Shown: positions 43,963 through 54,117 of the stretch, piece by piece
How positions within the stretch are numbered: position 1 is the stretch's first letter
Layout of the letters: each line of letters starts with the position of its first letter
Source: a virus
Strand: one strand, 5' to 3'
DNA length: 64,000 bases
Virus record (IMG/VR): IMGVR_UViG_3300021962_008382
Span: 1-64,000 of that record
Made by a program: the position numbers and the translations under genes
Notes under the pieces: generated by a model
What the model was told of the DNA's origin: nothing
The model's database searches: none
The model's input: only the letters and a program-made list of their open reading frames with translations

Positions 43963-44575
43963 ATTCTGTCATGTAGCTGCTGTCTGTAAACGTTACTCGA
44001 GTATTTTCTACTGTATATTCCGTCATATCAATTCGATAACCTGGGTTTTTAGAGATGGGATTATGTATCCAAGCATCATCATGCCAAATTATACGGTTGT
44101 TAGGGTAAAGAAAATAGTTACCTGAATCCTCTTTTATAAAATGAGCACACTTATGTTCTGGAGTCTCAGAAAAATTAGTGTTGAGATTGGTTCTGTTTTC
44201 CCATGACCAATCGAGAGTAAACATATAAACCCCGTAATGAATATCCCCTTTCCAATCTATCAGCTTGCATCGAAGACCCTGAAGTCTAGATCTCACGTTA
44301 ACATCAATATAAGGAGAAAAACAATCCCAGTACTGATGAATGTTTAAATCATAAACTGGAGCTTCTTTCTTCCAGGCAAAAGCTGTAATGGGGCGACGAG
44401 TCCAGTTTACCCCATTTTCTAACAAAGCTTCAAATAACGGAACTCTTTTTTCAATAGAGGCTACGGTATGAATATCACAGGGAGTATATTCACCGTGACC
44501 TTTTTCATGATTAAACAAATACTCGTTGCGAATATATCCAGTAACTGTAGGTATAGAATGATTAAGATACGCCAT
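43934..44575 (-). CDS. Conserved hypothetical phage protein
   Basis: WDCFS, YMFTLDW, EHKCAH, YPNNRI motifs. Confidence 0.75.
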   Translation of the reverse strand: MAYLNHSIPTVTGYIRNEYLFNHEKGHGEYTPCDIHTVASIEKRVPLFEALLENGVNWTRRPITAFAWKKEAPVYDLNIHQYWDCFSPYIDVNVRSRLQGLRCKLIDWKGDIHYGVYMFTLDWSWENRTNLNTNFSETPEHKCAHFIKEDSGNYFLYPNNRIIWHDDAWIHNPISKNPGYRIDMTEYTVENTRVTFTDSSYMTEFGKSESNAV

Positions 44576-44787
44576 TTTTTAATAGTTGTACGTGAAGGAC
44601 CATATTTTCTACCAGAAGACTAACTAAACAGGCTTTTAGCATTATCGGATCATCATCCATCTCTTGACAGTGTAACGCCATTAAACGATACGCATCCTCT
44701 TTAGATACCTGAATTTCTGACCAATCAAATGAAATTTGCGATTCAGATTCTTTAGCTAGATCAACTAACTGATTAAGGGGAATCATG
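44562..44787 (-). CDS. Hypothetical protein
   Basis: Coupled ORF; start approximate. Confidence 0.55.
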
Positions 44788-45240
44788 GAACGGGTTGTCG
44801 TACATATGTTCATAGGGAAGAAGAGATAACTCTCTGCTGAGCATAGCAATTGCTCGACAGTCTTCTAGTGCATTATGCGGTATTTTAGATTTACTAGAAG
44901 ACAGATCACGTCTTACCTCGCAGGAAAAAGATGGAACAGACATCATCTCCCCGGGTTTAGTTATAATCGATTGCATAAAATATTTAATATCCTCAGGCCA
45001 ATCTGATATCAGATTAAAGTCTGTATACCAAGCTAGAAAATACCAGAGTTTTTGTTGAAATATATAGTTAGGGATAGGTTCTTTATTGAGATAGGGTATT
45101 ACATGTTGCTCTACCCAAGGTTGAATTGGTTCAGATGTGTTTAATACTTCGTAAAATTCTGCTCCGTCCTCTGCCACTAAAGCCATGGAAATTAATTCAC
45201 CCCCATGTCCGTTAAATTCACAGTCGATGTATATGTTCAT
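44773..45240 (-). CDS. DEDDh 3'-5' exonuclease (DUF5051/Rv2179c-like)
   Basis: YIDCEF..LISMALV, HNALED. Confidence 0.85.
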   Translation of the reverse strand: MNIYIDCEFNGHGGELISMALVAEDGAEFYEVLNTSEPIQPWVEQHVIPYLNKEPIPNYIFQQKLWYFLAWYTDFNLISDWPEDIKYFMQSIITKPGEMMSVPSFSCEVRRDLSSSKSKIPHNALEDCRAIAMLSRELSLLPYEHMYDNPFHDSP

Positions 45241-45467
45241 ATTATTTTCTCTACAGATACCGCTTGTCTATATTCAGATTGAACTATAAAAACATGAAGA
45301 TTGTTGTTGCTATCCCAGATATTTAGTTCACCAGTGTAATCGTAATCAATAGCTTGTCGGGTTATTATTTCAGCTAGAATAATTGCATCTTGAGTTGATA
45401 GATCAAAATTTAAATGAGTACAAAAATGAGATCTAGTTCCATCAATTTCAAAATAAAATTTATTCAT
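45237..45467 (-). CDS. Hypothetical protein
   Basis: Coupled ORF. Confidence 0.55.
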   Translation of the reverse strand: MNKFYFEIDGTRSHFCTHLNFDLSTQDAIILAEIITRQAIDYDYTGELNIWDSNNNLHVFIVQSEYRQAVSVEKII

Positions 45468-45584
45468 TATATTTTCTCTCTAGAACTGTAAATTCAAATC
45501 CTGAGTTACGGCCATAATGATAAGCTTCTTCGCGTGTGTTAAACCAAATAGTATGACCCATAGTATAAAAATAACAGCCGAACT

Positions 45585-45788
45585 TCATTGATACCTTCTA
45601 TTAGAGTGTTTTTTGTAATGATATTTTATATTGTTACTGGTTAATTTACCAGCGCTCTGTAAAGTTTTAAGTACCTCTATAAGTTCTTGTATATCTTTAG
45701 AATCTTTTTTAGGATCAATCTCGATATTAATCTCAATTTTTACTTTCATCCGATCTGGAATCCCTGGTTGTACTTTACTCGATTCCAA
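45585..45788 (-). CDS. Hypothetical protein
   Basis: ORF in a co-oriented string. Confidence 0.5.
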   Translation of the reverse strand: MESSKVQPGIPDRMKVKIEINIEIDPKKDSKDIQELIEVLKTLQSAGKLTSNNIKYHYKKHSNRRYQ

Positions 45789-45922
45789 CCCATTACATAC
45801 ATTTCACTCTTACCTTTAAGTAACTCTCTATCTTCCGGATCAACCATTTTAAGTCTATCTGAAGACATTCGAGAAGGAGTGACAATGTCTTTCTTTTTTT
45901 CTTTCTTAGCCATATAGATTTA

Positions 45923-46220
45923 TTAAAAAGAGGCCCATTCGTATATAGAGTTATTGGTTTTAAACCGAACATAATCACCATATTCCGTCTTACGAGACTC
46001 TATAATTTCTGTAATTACTGTTGTCTGCCACCAATCTTGACCGTACGTTCTAGTAAACCGGCTACCTACTCGCATAGCAACTCCAACAGCAGGGCGAGCA
46101 TCCTCTTTAACTTCCATGTGCTCTTTTCCCGTACTCGGATCAATAGTAAAGATTAAAGCCTGGCTCATAGAGCCACTATCTCCAGCACCATCCTGTGTAC
46201 GTCGCAAACTATATGTCATA
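45923..46220 (-). CDS. Hypothetical protein
   Basis: YSLRR..DG.GDSG...WWQTT.ITEI...FKT.NS.Y pattern; start approximate. Confidence 0.65.
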
Positions 46221-46838
46221 TTAGTCCCATAAATGCTGATAGTATTTACCAAATAATACAAGACCGTTGTGAATACGATCCTGATGTGCTTTTAATCCTT
46301 TTCTATCTACTTTTAGATTTCTTAAATAATCTTCAAAAGAAGAACCTGCTTTAAATTCATCTTTGCTGTAAAATTGAGCTTCATTATCCTCTTTATTAAT
46401 GATCTGCTCAAATGACCAGATCATTTCATCCATTACCCAGTTCCATCGTTCTTCTAAAAAACTATCTTCTTCCTCAGTTACAGGAAATTGAGATCGAATA
46501 TTTCTGGGAAGATCTTTATCATTTACATAGCAGCAGCCATGCTGGGTTTCTTTAAGTTGTTTAAGCATAGGAACAATAATTAAAGCTAAAGTATGATCCA
46601 TACTCCAGGTATCATACTTATCAATTTTTATTTTAATTTTTCTTTCTTTATGGGCTTCCAACCATTCAAGAGCAAAACCCACCCAGGTATTACTTAGCCA
46701 TTCACCAAAATCTTCGACCCAGTTAGGATATATTTCTACTCCATACTTATCTTCCACCCGATCAACCCAAAAGCACAACAGTCGCGCTAGCTGATAAGGA
46801 CCGAAATAATTAGTATAAGGGCCAATGTTAATTTTCAT
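46221..46838 (-). CDS. Conserved T4-like hypothetical protein
   Basis: DTWSMDHTLALII.PMLKQLK...W.WVMDEMIWSF...GL.LFGKYY..LWD. Confidence 0.8.
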   Translation of the reverse strand: MKINIGPYTNYFGPYQLARLLCFWVDRVEDKYGVEIYPNWVEDFGEWLSNTWVGFALEWLEAHKERKIKIKIDKYDTWSMDHTLALIIVPMLKQLKETQHGCCYVNDKDLPRNIRSQFPVTEEEDSFLEERWNWVMDEMIWSFEQIINKEDNEAQFYSKDEFKAGSSFEDYLRNLKVDRKGLKAHQDRIHNGLVLFGKYYQHLWD

Positions 46839-47098
46839 TTCAAAAACTCTTTAAGAGTAAAATGAGCATCAAGAACGGATTGACCGTAGTTAAGAAGGGC
46901 GATAAACTCTTTTTCTGGTAAACAGGCAATTAACCTACCTCCTACCGATTCAACATAATAACCTTCTTTATTCAAACGCCAAAATGCTATAGTATAGCAA
47001 GTCCCGTTTTCTAGAAATTTAACAATTTCCGGGTCTCGATTACGGTCACTTTCCGATTCACCATGACGATATTCAAATGATCCAATACGAAGTTTCAT
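46835..47098 (-). CDS. Hypothetical protein
   Basis: Coupled ORF. Confidence 0.6.
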   Translation of the reverse strand: MKLRIGSFEYRHGESESDRNRDPEIVKFLENGTCYTIAFWRLNKEGYYVESVGGRLIACLPEKEFIALLNYGQSVLDAHFTLKEFLK

Positions 47099-47297
47099 AT
47101 ATTTTACATTAAAGTGATAAGAGGGGCCACATATGGAAATAGAATAATTACAGCGAAAGTACTAATTGTAATAACAGTTTCAATACAGATTTGATTTACA
47201 GTTTTCATTGGGTTTCCTATGAATTAATTTCGTTGAGTTGACTCTTGTAAAGTCAACCCTATTTATATTCTCATATGGTTATACGAGAATAATTAAA

Positions 47298-47531
47298 TTA
47301 TAAATTGTTACTGCTTAATGTTCTACTATTTTTTTTTAACCTCTCTTTTTCTTGTTCCGTCTGTTCGTTACGAAGTCTAATAGTAGTAGGGCTTAAATAA
47401 CATAAAGCTTCTACCAAATGCTGTCTAGTAAGCTCGCTGATCTCACCTTTACCATCCAACAACGCTTTGGCAATATAACACCTAGCATTGTGAAGGCATA
47501 CAATATCTTCATCAGTTACTATATACTTCAT
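47298..47531 (-). CDS. Hypothetical protein
   Basis: RBS GAGG before MKYIV. Confidence 0.55.
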   Translation of the reverse strand: MKYIVTDEDIVCLHNARCYIAKALLDGKGEISELTRQHLVEALCYLSPTTIRLRNEQTEQEKERLKKNSRTLSSNNL

Positions 47532-47694
47532 GGTTAGCCTCTTGTCGCACTTTATAATATTTAGTAAGCACCTCGAGGGTAGAAGTATTGTATTCCATAG
47601 CAATGTCTCTCATTACTTCCCTAAACTCATCTTTAGTGTCAAAACCACGAAGCATTTCGGTTTTTAACGTATCTTCTAGACTTATTCTTACCAT
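47512..47694 (-). CDS. Hypothetical protein
   Basis: Short co-oriented ORF. Confidence 0.5.
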   Translation of the reverse strand: MVRISLEDTLKTEMLRGFDTKDEFREVMRDIAMEYNTSTLEVLTKYYKVRQEANHEVYSN

Positions 47695-47704
47695 ATATAT
47701 TTTA

Positions 47705-48259
47705 ATGATCCATTACTATTGTTTTCACAAAACTAGACAAATAATCGTTTCTGATCTTCCTGTAGAAAAGATCAGAAAGAAATATGGTCATGAGTACGAA
47801 ATTCTTACTTCTGTAAAAGAAAAATCTTCTGTAGAAGTAATTAATGCTCGTACTGCTCGATCTTATTCCAAATATATTATAACTGAAGACTATTTAGTAA
47901 TCAAGAAGAGAAATACCGAAAAAGCTGTAGCTGCTGCAATTCTAGCTACTAAAGGTAAACCGAGAAGTGAGGAAGTAAAACGTAAAATATCTTTAAAGCT
48001 TAAAGGCCGGGGTAGATTTACGGGTAAAAAACATAGACCAGAATCTAAACAAAAAACTTCTGAAGCTATGAAAGGCAATACTAATTCTAAAGATTTATAT
48101 TGGGTTTACGATCCTAATTCTGATTATGAAACTCGTATTAAAAATAGAGAGGACCTTCCCCCAGGCATGAAGTTTGGTAGAGATTATTATTCTACTGAAG
48201 CAATATCTATGTTTAAATCTTCTACCAGGCCTCCCACCAATTCTCCCAAGGAAAAATAA
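47705..48259 (+). CDS. NUMOD3-repeat protein (homing-endonuclease related)
   Basis: KGKPRSEEVKRKIS, FTGKKHRPESKQKTSEAMKG; start placed at MIHYY. Confidence 0.75.
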   Translation: MIHYYCFHKTRQIIVSDLPVEKIRKKYGHEYEILTSVKEKSSVEVINARTARSYSKYIITEDYLVIKKRNTEKAVAAAILATKGKPRSEEVKRKISLKLKGRGRFTGKKHRPESKQKTSEAMKGNTNSKDLYWVYDPNSDYETRIKNREDLPPGMKFGRDYYSTEAISMFKSSTRPPTNSPKEK

Positions 48260-48659
48260 CCCAGCAAGGGTCTTCTAGCTTGTTAATTGTAAGCCCGGAA
48301 AAATCTGCCGTAAAAGTAGAAGACTCATTATCAATTAAATAGCAATACTTTACATTTAGTTTTGCATATCTAGAATCTAAATCTTGTTTTATTTTATGGG
48401 ATGATGACCCGGTGTCGTTTATATCATCTATAAACAATATCTTAATGTGAGGAAATATTTGAGGGAGGATTATTCCTACCCCTTTATTAATAATATAACA
48501 AGGTATATCATAATATTGACTGATGTAGTTCGCAGGAACGATGCCTCCTCTCGCTGGCCCTAAAACCAGATCCGGTCTCCAGTTTTTAAGAGTAAGTTGC
48601 CGAATAATATCAGAAGTATATTTTTTTACTTGTGTATCACTGATATACAATTTTTTCAT
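48222..48659 (-). CDS. Purine phosphoribosyltransferase (Gpt-like)
   Basis: ARGG, ILFIDDINDTG PRPP motif, WVIFPWE. Confidence 0.88.
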   Translation of the reverse strand: MKKLYISDTQVKKYTSDIIRQLTLKNWRPDLVLGPARGGIVPANYISQYYDIPCYIINKGVGIILPQIFPHIKILFIDDINDTGSSSHKIKQDLDSRYAKLNVKYCYLIDNESSTFTADFSGLTINKLEDPCWVIFPWENWWEAW

Positions 48660-48661
48660 AT

Positions 48662-49066
48662 TTAAGATCGAGTAATAGATATAATTTTATCTATTTGTTT
48701 TTGAATAAGGGCTGATCTGTTCGGCCAATGTATATAGTCTTTCTCTGGATTCTTCATTAAGTTAACCAGCAGAGGCATGATCATACTTTCTAACAGTTTA
48801 AGCTTTTCATTAATATCTTTACTAATTAATGCTTTATACTCTTCAGTGTCTAGGTTAGGAGTACTGGCTTGTTCTATTCGTTCTAAAATATTTACGACTT
48901 CTTCGATATTGGTTTCTAATTTTTTAATACGCTCTAGAATAGGTCCAGAAATTTCTTCTGTGCTTACTGCAGGAGCAGAAGGTACTGGGGTTTTATCTGG
49001 GTCGTCTACAGCAGAAAAACCAAAATCGAAACTTGATTCTAGATATTCTTTCGGTATGGTCGACAT
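48662..49066 (-). CDS. Conserved T4-like hypothetical protein
   Basis: FDFGFSAVD...LMKNPEKDYIHWPNR; adjacent to gp46. Confidence 0.8.
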   Translation of the reverse strand: MSTIPKEYLESSFDFGFSAVDDPDKTPVPSAPAVSTEEISGPILERIKKLETNIEEVVNILERIEQASTPNLDTEEYKALISKDINEKLKLLESMIMPLLVNLMKNPEKDYIHWPNRSALIQKQIDKIISITRS

Positions 49067-49073
49067 ATTACCT

Positions 49074-50786
49074 CTAAGCTATAGTACTGAAGTTATTTTT
49101 CTTTACAAATCTAATGACAGATCTAAATTTATCGAATAACGCATCTTTATGACTAATTACAAAGATGTTACTCTCTTCACCTATAGTATTTAGAATATTC
49201 ATTACATAATCTGTACCATTAAGGTCTAGAGACCCATCAAATACTTCATCCAGCAGAAGTAAATTAGTATTGGTAGAATTTTTCATCCTAGCAATAGTTC
49301 TCCAGGTAAATAACAATGCCAAGTCAATTTTAGCTTTTTCGCCTTCAGAAAACGAAGCATAGCTAAATTCATCTCGGTGTCTAGATTTAATAGTTTCGTT
49401 AAATGACTCATTTAGTTCAAAAGAAACAAAAAAATCCATAGATTGTAAAAATTTATTTACTAGTTTATTAATCAACGGTAGATATTGTTTAATAATTTTA
49501 GTCTTGATGCCCGTATCTTTTAATAAAATTTCTGCCATATTTAAATATTGACGTTCTTCAGCTGCAGCGGCTTTCTCTTCGTTAAGTTTTACGACCTCTT
49601 TAGCTATTTCTTTTAGTTTTAACTTCTCATCATCTATATTACCAGTATTAGTTCGACATTGTTCAATCTCTTTATTCATTCTACCAATGAGAGATTGCTC
49701 TGTAATAATATCGCTCGAGGTTTTATTAATTAAATTTTGATTAGCAATAATTTCATTTTTAATTTCATTTATTTGTTCTAATCTACTCTCTACATCCAGA
49801 ATTTGATTTTCAATCTGCTCTATAGCAGCTGCTAATTCATTCAATTTTTCTTCATGACTATGTACAGCTTGTACTTTAAACTCTTCATCTAAAGTTTGAC
49901 TGCATGTAGGACAGGTATCGTTATCTTTATAAAAATTAATCTCTTTAATAGAGTCTTTCTTTTTTAACTTTAACTTATCTAAAATAGCTTTTAGTTTACT
50001 CTCTTTTGATGTATTAGCGTCCAGATCAGTAATAGAGTTTTTTAGATTATCGATAATGCTTTGTTGCTTATCTCTAGTATCGATTAAGACTTGTATCTTT
50101 TCATTACACTTTTCTATCTCTGCTGTGAGTAGATTTACTTTTTCCAGCTTATCATTCTCTAGCGTTTCTATATACCCTTGCTGCAGTTTAGCTTTAGACT
50201 TTCCTAGCTGAATATTATTTTCTAATAAAGTTATATTATTTTTATTCTCGTTGTGCTTTTCTTTCAGCACATCGTTCATATACGAAAATATTTTAATATC
50301 CAGAAGATCTTCGATGATCTCTCGACGGTGACCGGCTGGTAGTTGCATGAATGGAGTAAAAGAAGCCGACCCCAGAATTACTATCTGAGTAAACGATTTA
50401 TAATTAAGCTTTAATACATGCTCTTCTAGATATTGCTGATAATCTCTAGAATCAGCTACTTGGTTTACCAGATCACCGTTTAGATATATTTCAAACACAG
50501 TAGGCTTAGCTCCCCGAACAATTTTATATTGCTTGGGACCTACATTAAAATCTATCTCCACCACCATTTGCTTTTGATTAATACTATTAACCAGCTGTGG
50601 CTTATTAATATTTCTAAACGGTTTATTAAACAGAACATAACAAATGGCATCGAGTATTGTACTCTTGCCAGCACCGTTTTCCCCTACAATAAGTGTAGTA
50701 GGAGATCTATCTAGCTTGATTTCAGTAAATTGTGCGCCCGTAGATAAAAAGTTACGATAGCGCACTGCTTTAAAGTGTACAGACAT
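49074..50786 (-). CDS. 46: Recombination endonuclease subunit gp46 (Rad50-like)
   Basis: GENGAGKST, CPTC zinc hook, FSEGEK, LLDEVFD. Confidence 0.97.
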   Translation of the reverse strand: MSVHFKAVRYRNFLSTGAQFTEIKLDRSPTTLIVGENGAGKSTILDAICYVLFNKPFRNINKPQLVNSINQKQMVVEIDFNVGPKQYKIVRGAKPTVFEIYLNGDLVNQVADSRDYQQYLEEHVLKLNYKSFTQIVILGSASFTPFMQLPAGHRREIIEDLLDIKIFSYMNDVLKEKHNENKNNITLLENNIQLGKSKAKLQQGYIETLENDKLEKVNLLTAEIEKCNEKIQVLIDTRDKQQSIIDNLKNSITDLDANTSKESKLKAILDKLKLKKKDSIKEINFYKDNDTCPTCSQTLDEEFKVQAVHSHEEKLNELAAAIEQIENQILDVESRLEQINEIKNEIIANQNLINKTSSDIITEQSLIGRMNKEIEQCRTNTGNIDDEKLKLKEIAKEVVKLNEEKAAAAEERQYLNMAEILLKDTGIKTKIIKQYLPLINKLVNKFLQSMDFFVSFELNESFNETIKSRHRDEFSYASFSEGEKAKIDLALLFTWRTIARMKNSTNTNLLLLDEVFDGSLDLNGTDYVMNILNTIGEESNIFVISHKDALFDKFRSVIRFVKKNNFSTIA

Positions 50787-51847
50787 CAGTCATCGCCCTT
50801 ATTCTGAGCTTCAATATAAAGTGTTTTCATTAGAGTCTTCAAACGATTTTTATCACCCATAATATCAACACTGTCAATATATTGAGAAAGTAATGACATA
50901 GTATCTTCTACATCTAGATTATCATCCTGAAGTATGTCTGCTTCAAATTCTGACATATCTTCTATTATTTTTAACTCGATAGGACCATAATTATTAATCC
51001 TATCGATTAATTGATCAAACTTATAATAGTCTGTTTTATTTACTACCACCAGCTTCACGTGTTTATCTTTAAAATCATCTTCTGAATATCCCCAATCTTT
51101 AGTATCATCGTAATATACTTTTGTAAAGATAGTGAAGGGGTTTGGAATAAATTCTAGCTCAGCAGTATCAGTATTAAATAGGTGAAAACCTCGAGGATCA
51201 TCATAATCTGACCATGTCATTTCATACGGATTGCCCAAATAGGTAATATTACCTTCTGTAGATCTATGATGAAAATGACCTGAGCAAACTAAATCAAATT
51301 TATCGAATACTTTACGATCAAATCCTTCATGGTTATCATGGCCTTTATACATCTGAAACCCGGCAATCTCAAAATGACCAAACATAACTTTAGAGTTAGT
51401 TTCTTTTATTTTAGTCTGAAAGAGCTGGTAATTATCAGTACACACCCAAGGCATAAGTAATATTTGAGTATTACCTACTTTAATCTCAACTGGTATTGAG
51501 TGTGATATTACATTATTATACTCTCTAAGAAGAAGATCAGGAGAATTAACATCATTAGTATTCTTATGGTAGGTATCGTGATTTCCTACAATCATAACAA
51601 TACGAACATCACGTTTCTTAGCTTGATCAAAAAAATATTCTCTACAAGACTTAAGCGTGTTGTAGTTAATATATTTCCTTCTATCAAAACAGTCCCCTAG
51701 ATGAAAGATAGTTTTAATACCTTTTGCATCTATAGTTGGCCAGAAGCATTCTTCGTAAAACTTTTTAAAGAATGAATCGAAAGGAAGGGAATCTGATCTA
51801 GCTCCAAAATGAGTATCTGTTACTAAAGCTACTAGCTTATCCTTCAT
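50786..51847 (-). CDS. 47: Recombination endonuclease subunit gp47 (Mre11-like)
   Basis: TDTHFG, LGDCFDRR, GNHD, SGHFH. Confidence 0.97.
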   Translation of the reverse strand: MKDKLVALVTDTHFGARSDSLPFDSFFKKFYEECFWPTIDAKGIKTIFHLGDCFDRRKYINYNTLKSCREYFFDQAKKRDVRIVMIVGNHDTYHKNTNDVNSPDLLLREYNNVISHSIPVEIKVGNTQILLMPWVCTDNYQLFQTKIKETNSKVMFGHFEIAGFQMYKGHDNHEGFDRKVFDKFDLVCSGHFHHRSTEGNITYLGNPYEMTWSDYDDPRGFHLFNTDTAELEFIPNPFTIFTKVYYDDTKDWGYSEDDFKDKHVKLVVVNKTDYYKFDQLIDRINNYGPIELKIIEDMSEFEADILQDDNLDVEDTMSLLSQYIDSVDIMGDKNRLKTLMKTLYIEAQNKGDD

Positions 51848-52355
51848 AGATAGCGGAGTTTCCGGCATGTTCAAATACTTCAACAGATTTAACTCTTACT
51901 GTATGATTTAACAACTTACCATCGAAGAGTTTAATATGTAGGATTCTAGATAGCTCTTGATAGGCCATTTCGGCAAATCTCTCACAACCTACCCCAGGTA
52001 CGATTCTAAGATCACAAACAGCACCACGTTTATAAGCAACTGAACTTTCGAGATCAAGTGCTGTCATATCTACTATATTAGATAGTTCGCGAAAGGTACT
52101 AATATGAGGATCGTCTTCTGCAATGAGTAGAGTATGATCGAACATATAGTCTAGCCAATTTTTGAAATCTTTAAGACCGCCGAAATCCATTACCCAGTTT
52201 CTTTCATCTAAACTTTCACACTCAAAAATAACTTTAACACCGATAGAATATCCATGCAACGTAGAGCAGTGTGAATGCTTAGCTCGCCACTGACGAAAAC
52301 AGCACGACAGCCCACGATCAGTTCCATATGTCTTTGTAGAATAAAATTTGCCCAT
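51837..52355 (-). CDS. queD: 6-carboxytetrahydropterin synthase
   Basis: HC..LHGY, WVMDFGGLK, FDHT, GCE. Confidence 0.92.
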   Translation of the reverse strand: MGKFYSTKTYGTDRGLSCCFRQWRAKHSHCSTLHGYSIGVKVIFECESLDERNWVMDFGGLKDFKNWLDYMFDHTLLIAEDDPHISTFRELSNIVDMTALDLESSVAYKRGAVCDLRIVPGVGCERFAEMAYQELSRILHIKLFDGKLLNHTVRVKSVEVFEHAGNSAIYEG

Positions 52356-52361
52356 ATTATC

Positions 52362-52712
52362 TCACATTTTGCAATTAGTAAAGTCTGCAGTATACCAATT
52401 AGCTTGTGCTTCAGGTGATTTATCTTTCTGCCATTTTTTACTTACCGGGTCGTATTGGCCTACTCGAGAAGATATTTCTTTGATTACTTCGTTCATAACT
52501 TTATCGCCATTATAACCGTACTTAGCAATCTCCCCATAAGCAAATACAATAATATCTGCCATAGCATCTATGCGACCTTCTGTATCGGGAGCTGCAATAA
52601 ATTCTCCAAGCTCTTCGACGATCATAGAAACGAAACCATTACGATCAGGTGTTTGAAACGTAATCAGACGTTCATCAGACCAGTCTCTAATACGTTCAAA
52701 ATTAGTTTTCAC
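52362..52712 (-). CDS. MazG-like all-alpha NTP pyrophosphohydrolase
   Basis: EELGEF...DAMADIIVF motif. Confidence 0.75.
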   Translation of the reverse strand: MKTNFERIRDWSDERLITFQTPDRNGFVSMIVEELGEFIAAPDTEGRIDAMADIIVFAYGEIAKYGYNGDKVMNEVIKEISSRVGQYDPVSKKWQKDKSPEAQANWYTADFTNCKM

Positions 52713-52878
52713 TCTTAACCTCTCGATCTTTAACTAAACTCATTTTTCTAGCCTGATCAGCACACAATTGAGCTGATACCACCGAACGCAGGTATTTACC
52801 TCTTTCGTGTTTATCTAGATATCTAGATGCGATAATTTTATTTTCCTTATTTAGTTTAAATGTATCGGTAGGTTTCAT
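52702..52878 (-). CDS. Hypothetical protein (58 aa)
   Basis: Fills the gap, overlapping both neighbours; below the ORF-track cutoff. Confidence 0.55.
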   Translation of the reverse strand: MKPTDTFKLNKENKIIASRYLDKHERGKYLRSVVSAQLCADQARKMSLVKDREVKSEN

Positions 52879-53477
52879 TAGAACTCCATGAAGTACGGGT
52901 TTTCAAAAGTGTTAAATTCGTGTATTGATATTAATTTTCTTTGCGCTAGATCTATTTTAAAGACATGATTAGGAATAAGTGACTGACTATTCTCAAATTT
53001 AGTAGAAGAAAAATTCATCTGACTATCATAATACATAGGAGATATTTCATTACGAAAAACATACAGCCCGTCGTTATTATATAAGATACAAGCAAATGTT
53101 CCATCTATTTCGGAAAGAGAATCCCATCCCTGTTCTTTAATTTTTTGTAGTAACCAAATAGTATCCCACTGACCGGGTACTAAGGTTTTCTGTTTTACTA
53201 TACCATTATGCCAGAGATAAGAACCTCTATACACAGCAGGATGTATATTACTTGCTTGAGTAGTAGGAGCCTGTGAGTGACAGACTGTAAAATACGATTT
53301 ATCATTAAATAAAAAATCAGGAGCTACGCCTTTACCTCTTACTAACTCTTGCATAGTAAACTCTTCTTCCCACAAAGTAAAGTATGCAAAAGAATAACTC
53401 AAAGATCCTCTGTACGAATTTAGCGTATAAAGATCTTTGAGTTTATTAGAAGAGAAAGATGCGATTATAGAGCACAT
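52878..53477 (-). CDS. Class II (Ntn) glutamine amidotransferase
   Basis: N-terminal MC, HSQAPT, HP, LWHNG. Confidence 0.8.
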   Translation of the reverse strand: MCSIIASFSSNKLKDLYTLNSYRGSLSYSFAYFTLWEEEFTMQELVRGKGVAPDFLFNDKSYFTVCHSQAPTTQASNIHPAVYRGSYLWHNGIVKQKTLVPGQWDTIWLLQKIKEQGWDSLSEIDGTFACILYNNDGLYVFRNEISPMYYDSQMNFSSTKFENSQSLIPNHVFKIDLAQRKLISIHEFNTFENPYFMEF

Positions 53478-53479
53478 AG

Positions 53480-54067
53480 TTATTTTTTCTTACAGTTATC
53501 AAAATGCCATCTCTTAGCATTACCTATAGTAGTAGTATAGTTGCAATAAGGACAAGTTGCCATAAGTTTAGCAGGGTGTTTACCGGAACTAATAGCGTTT
53601 TTTGCTGCTATACTTTTTGCTGCCCGATCTTCTTTTGATCTAGTTTTACCTTTCCACCATTTATTAATACCTAACTTAATAAACGTTTCTCTAGCATCTG
53701 GTCTAGGTCTTCCTCTGTTAGCTTGAGAGATTTTTTGTTTCGATTCTTCGGAATGATAAAATACTCTTTCTAAATAATATGTGTAGCCTCCGTGACCCCC
53801 TATCGCTAAATTATAGCATGCTGGATCCTTAACAACATCTTCTGTAATAATTTTTTGCTCTTCCAAAATTAATTCTTTTTCTGTACTATGTATGGAAATA
53901 ATTTTTTTATTAAAATTTTGTTTACCGTATTTTTTAATAGCGGCTTTTAACCTCTTACCTGAACCAAAATATAAATCTTGCTCAGGGTCCTTTCCATCGA
54001 AAGCTCTTCTACCGTAATAATAATGATTATTTAAAACGTTAGTTATTTTATAAATGTAGTAAACCAT
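53480..54067 (-). CDS. GIY-YIG (Seg-like) homing endonuclease with NUMOD3
   Basis: YIYKITN..N.HYYYG, YFGSG, YNLAIGG, HSEESKQKIS. Confidence 0.9.
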   Translation of the reverse strand: MVYYIYKITNVLNNHYYYGRRAFDGKDPEQDLYFGSGKRLKAAIKKYGKQNFNKKIISIHSTEKELILEEQKIITEDVVKDPACYNLAIGGHGGYTYYLERVFYHSEESKQKISQANRGRPRPDARETFIKLGINKWWKGKTRSKEDRAAKSIAAKNAISSGKHPAKLMATCPYCNYTTTIGNAKRWHFDNCKKK

Positions 54068-54117
54068 TTTTTTTCCTAATAAACGTATATAATATATAGC
54101 TATTAGGATCTTTAGAT

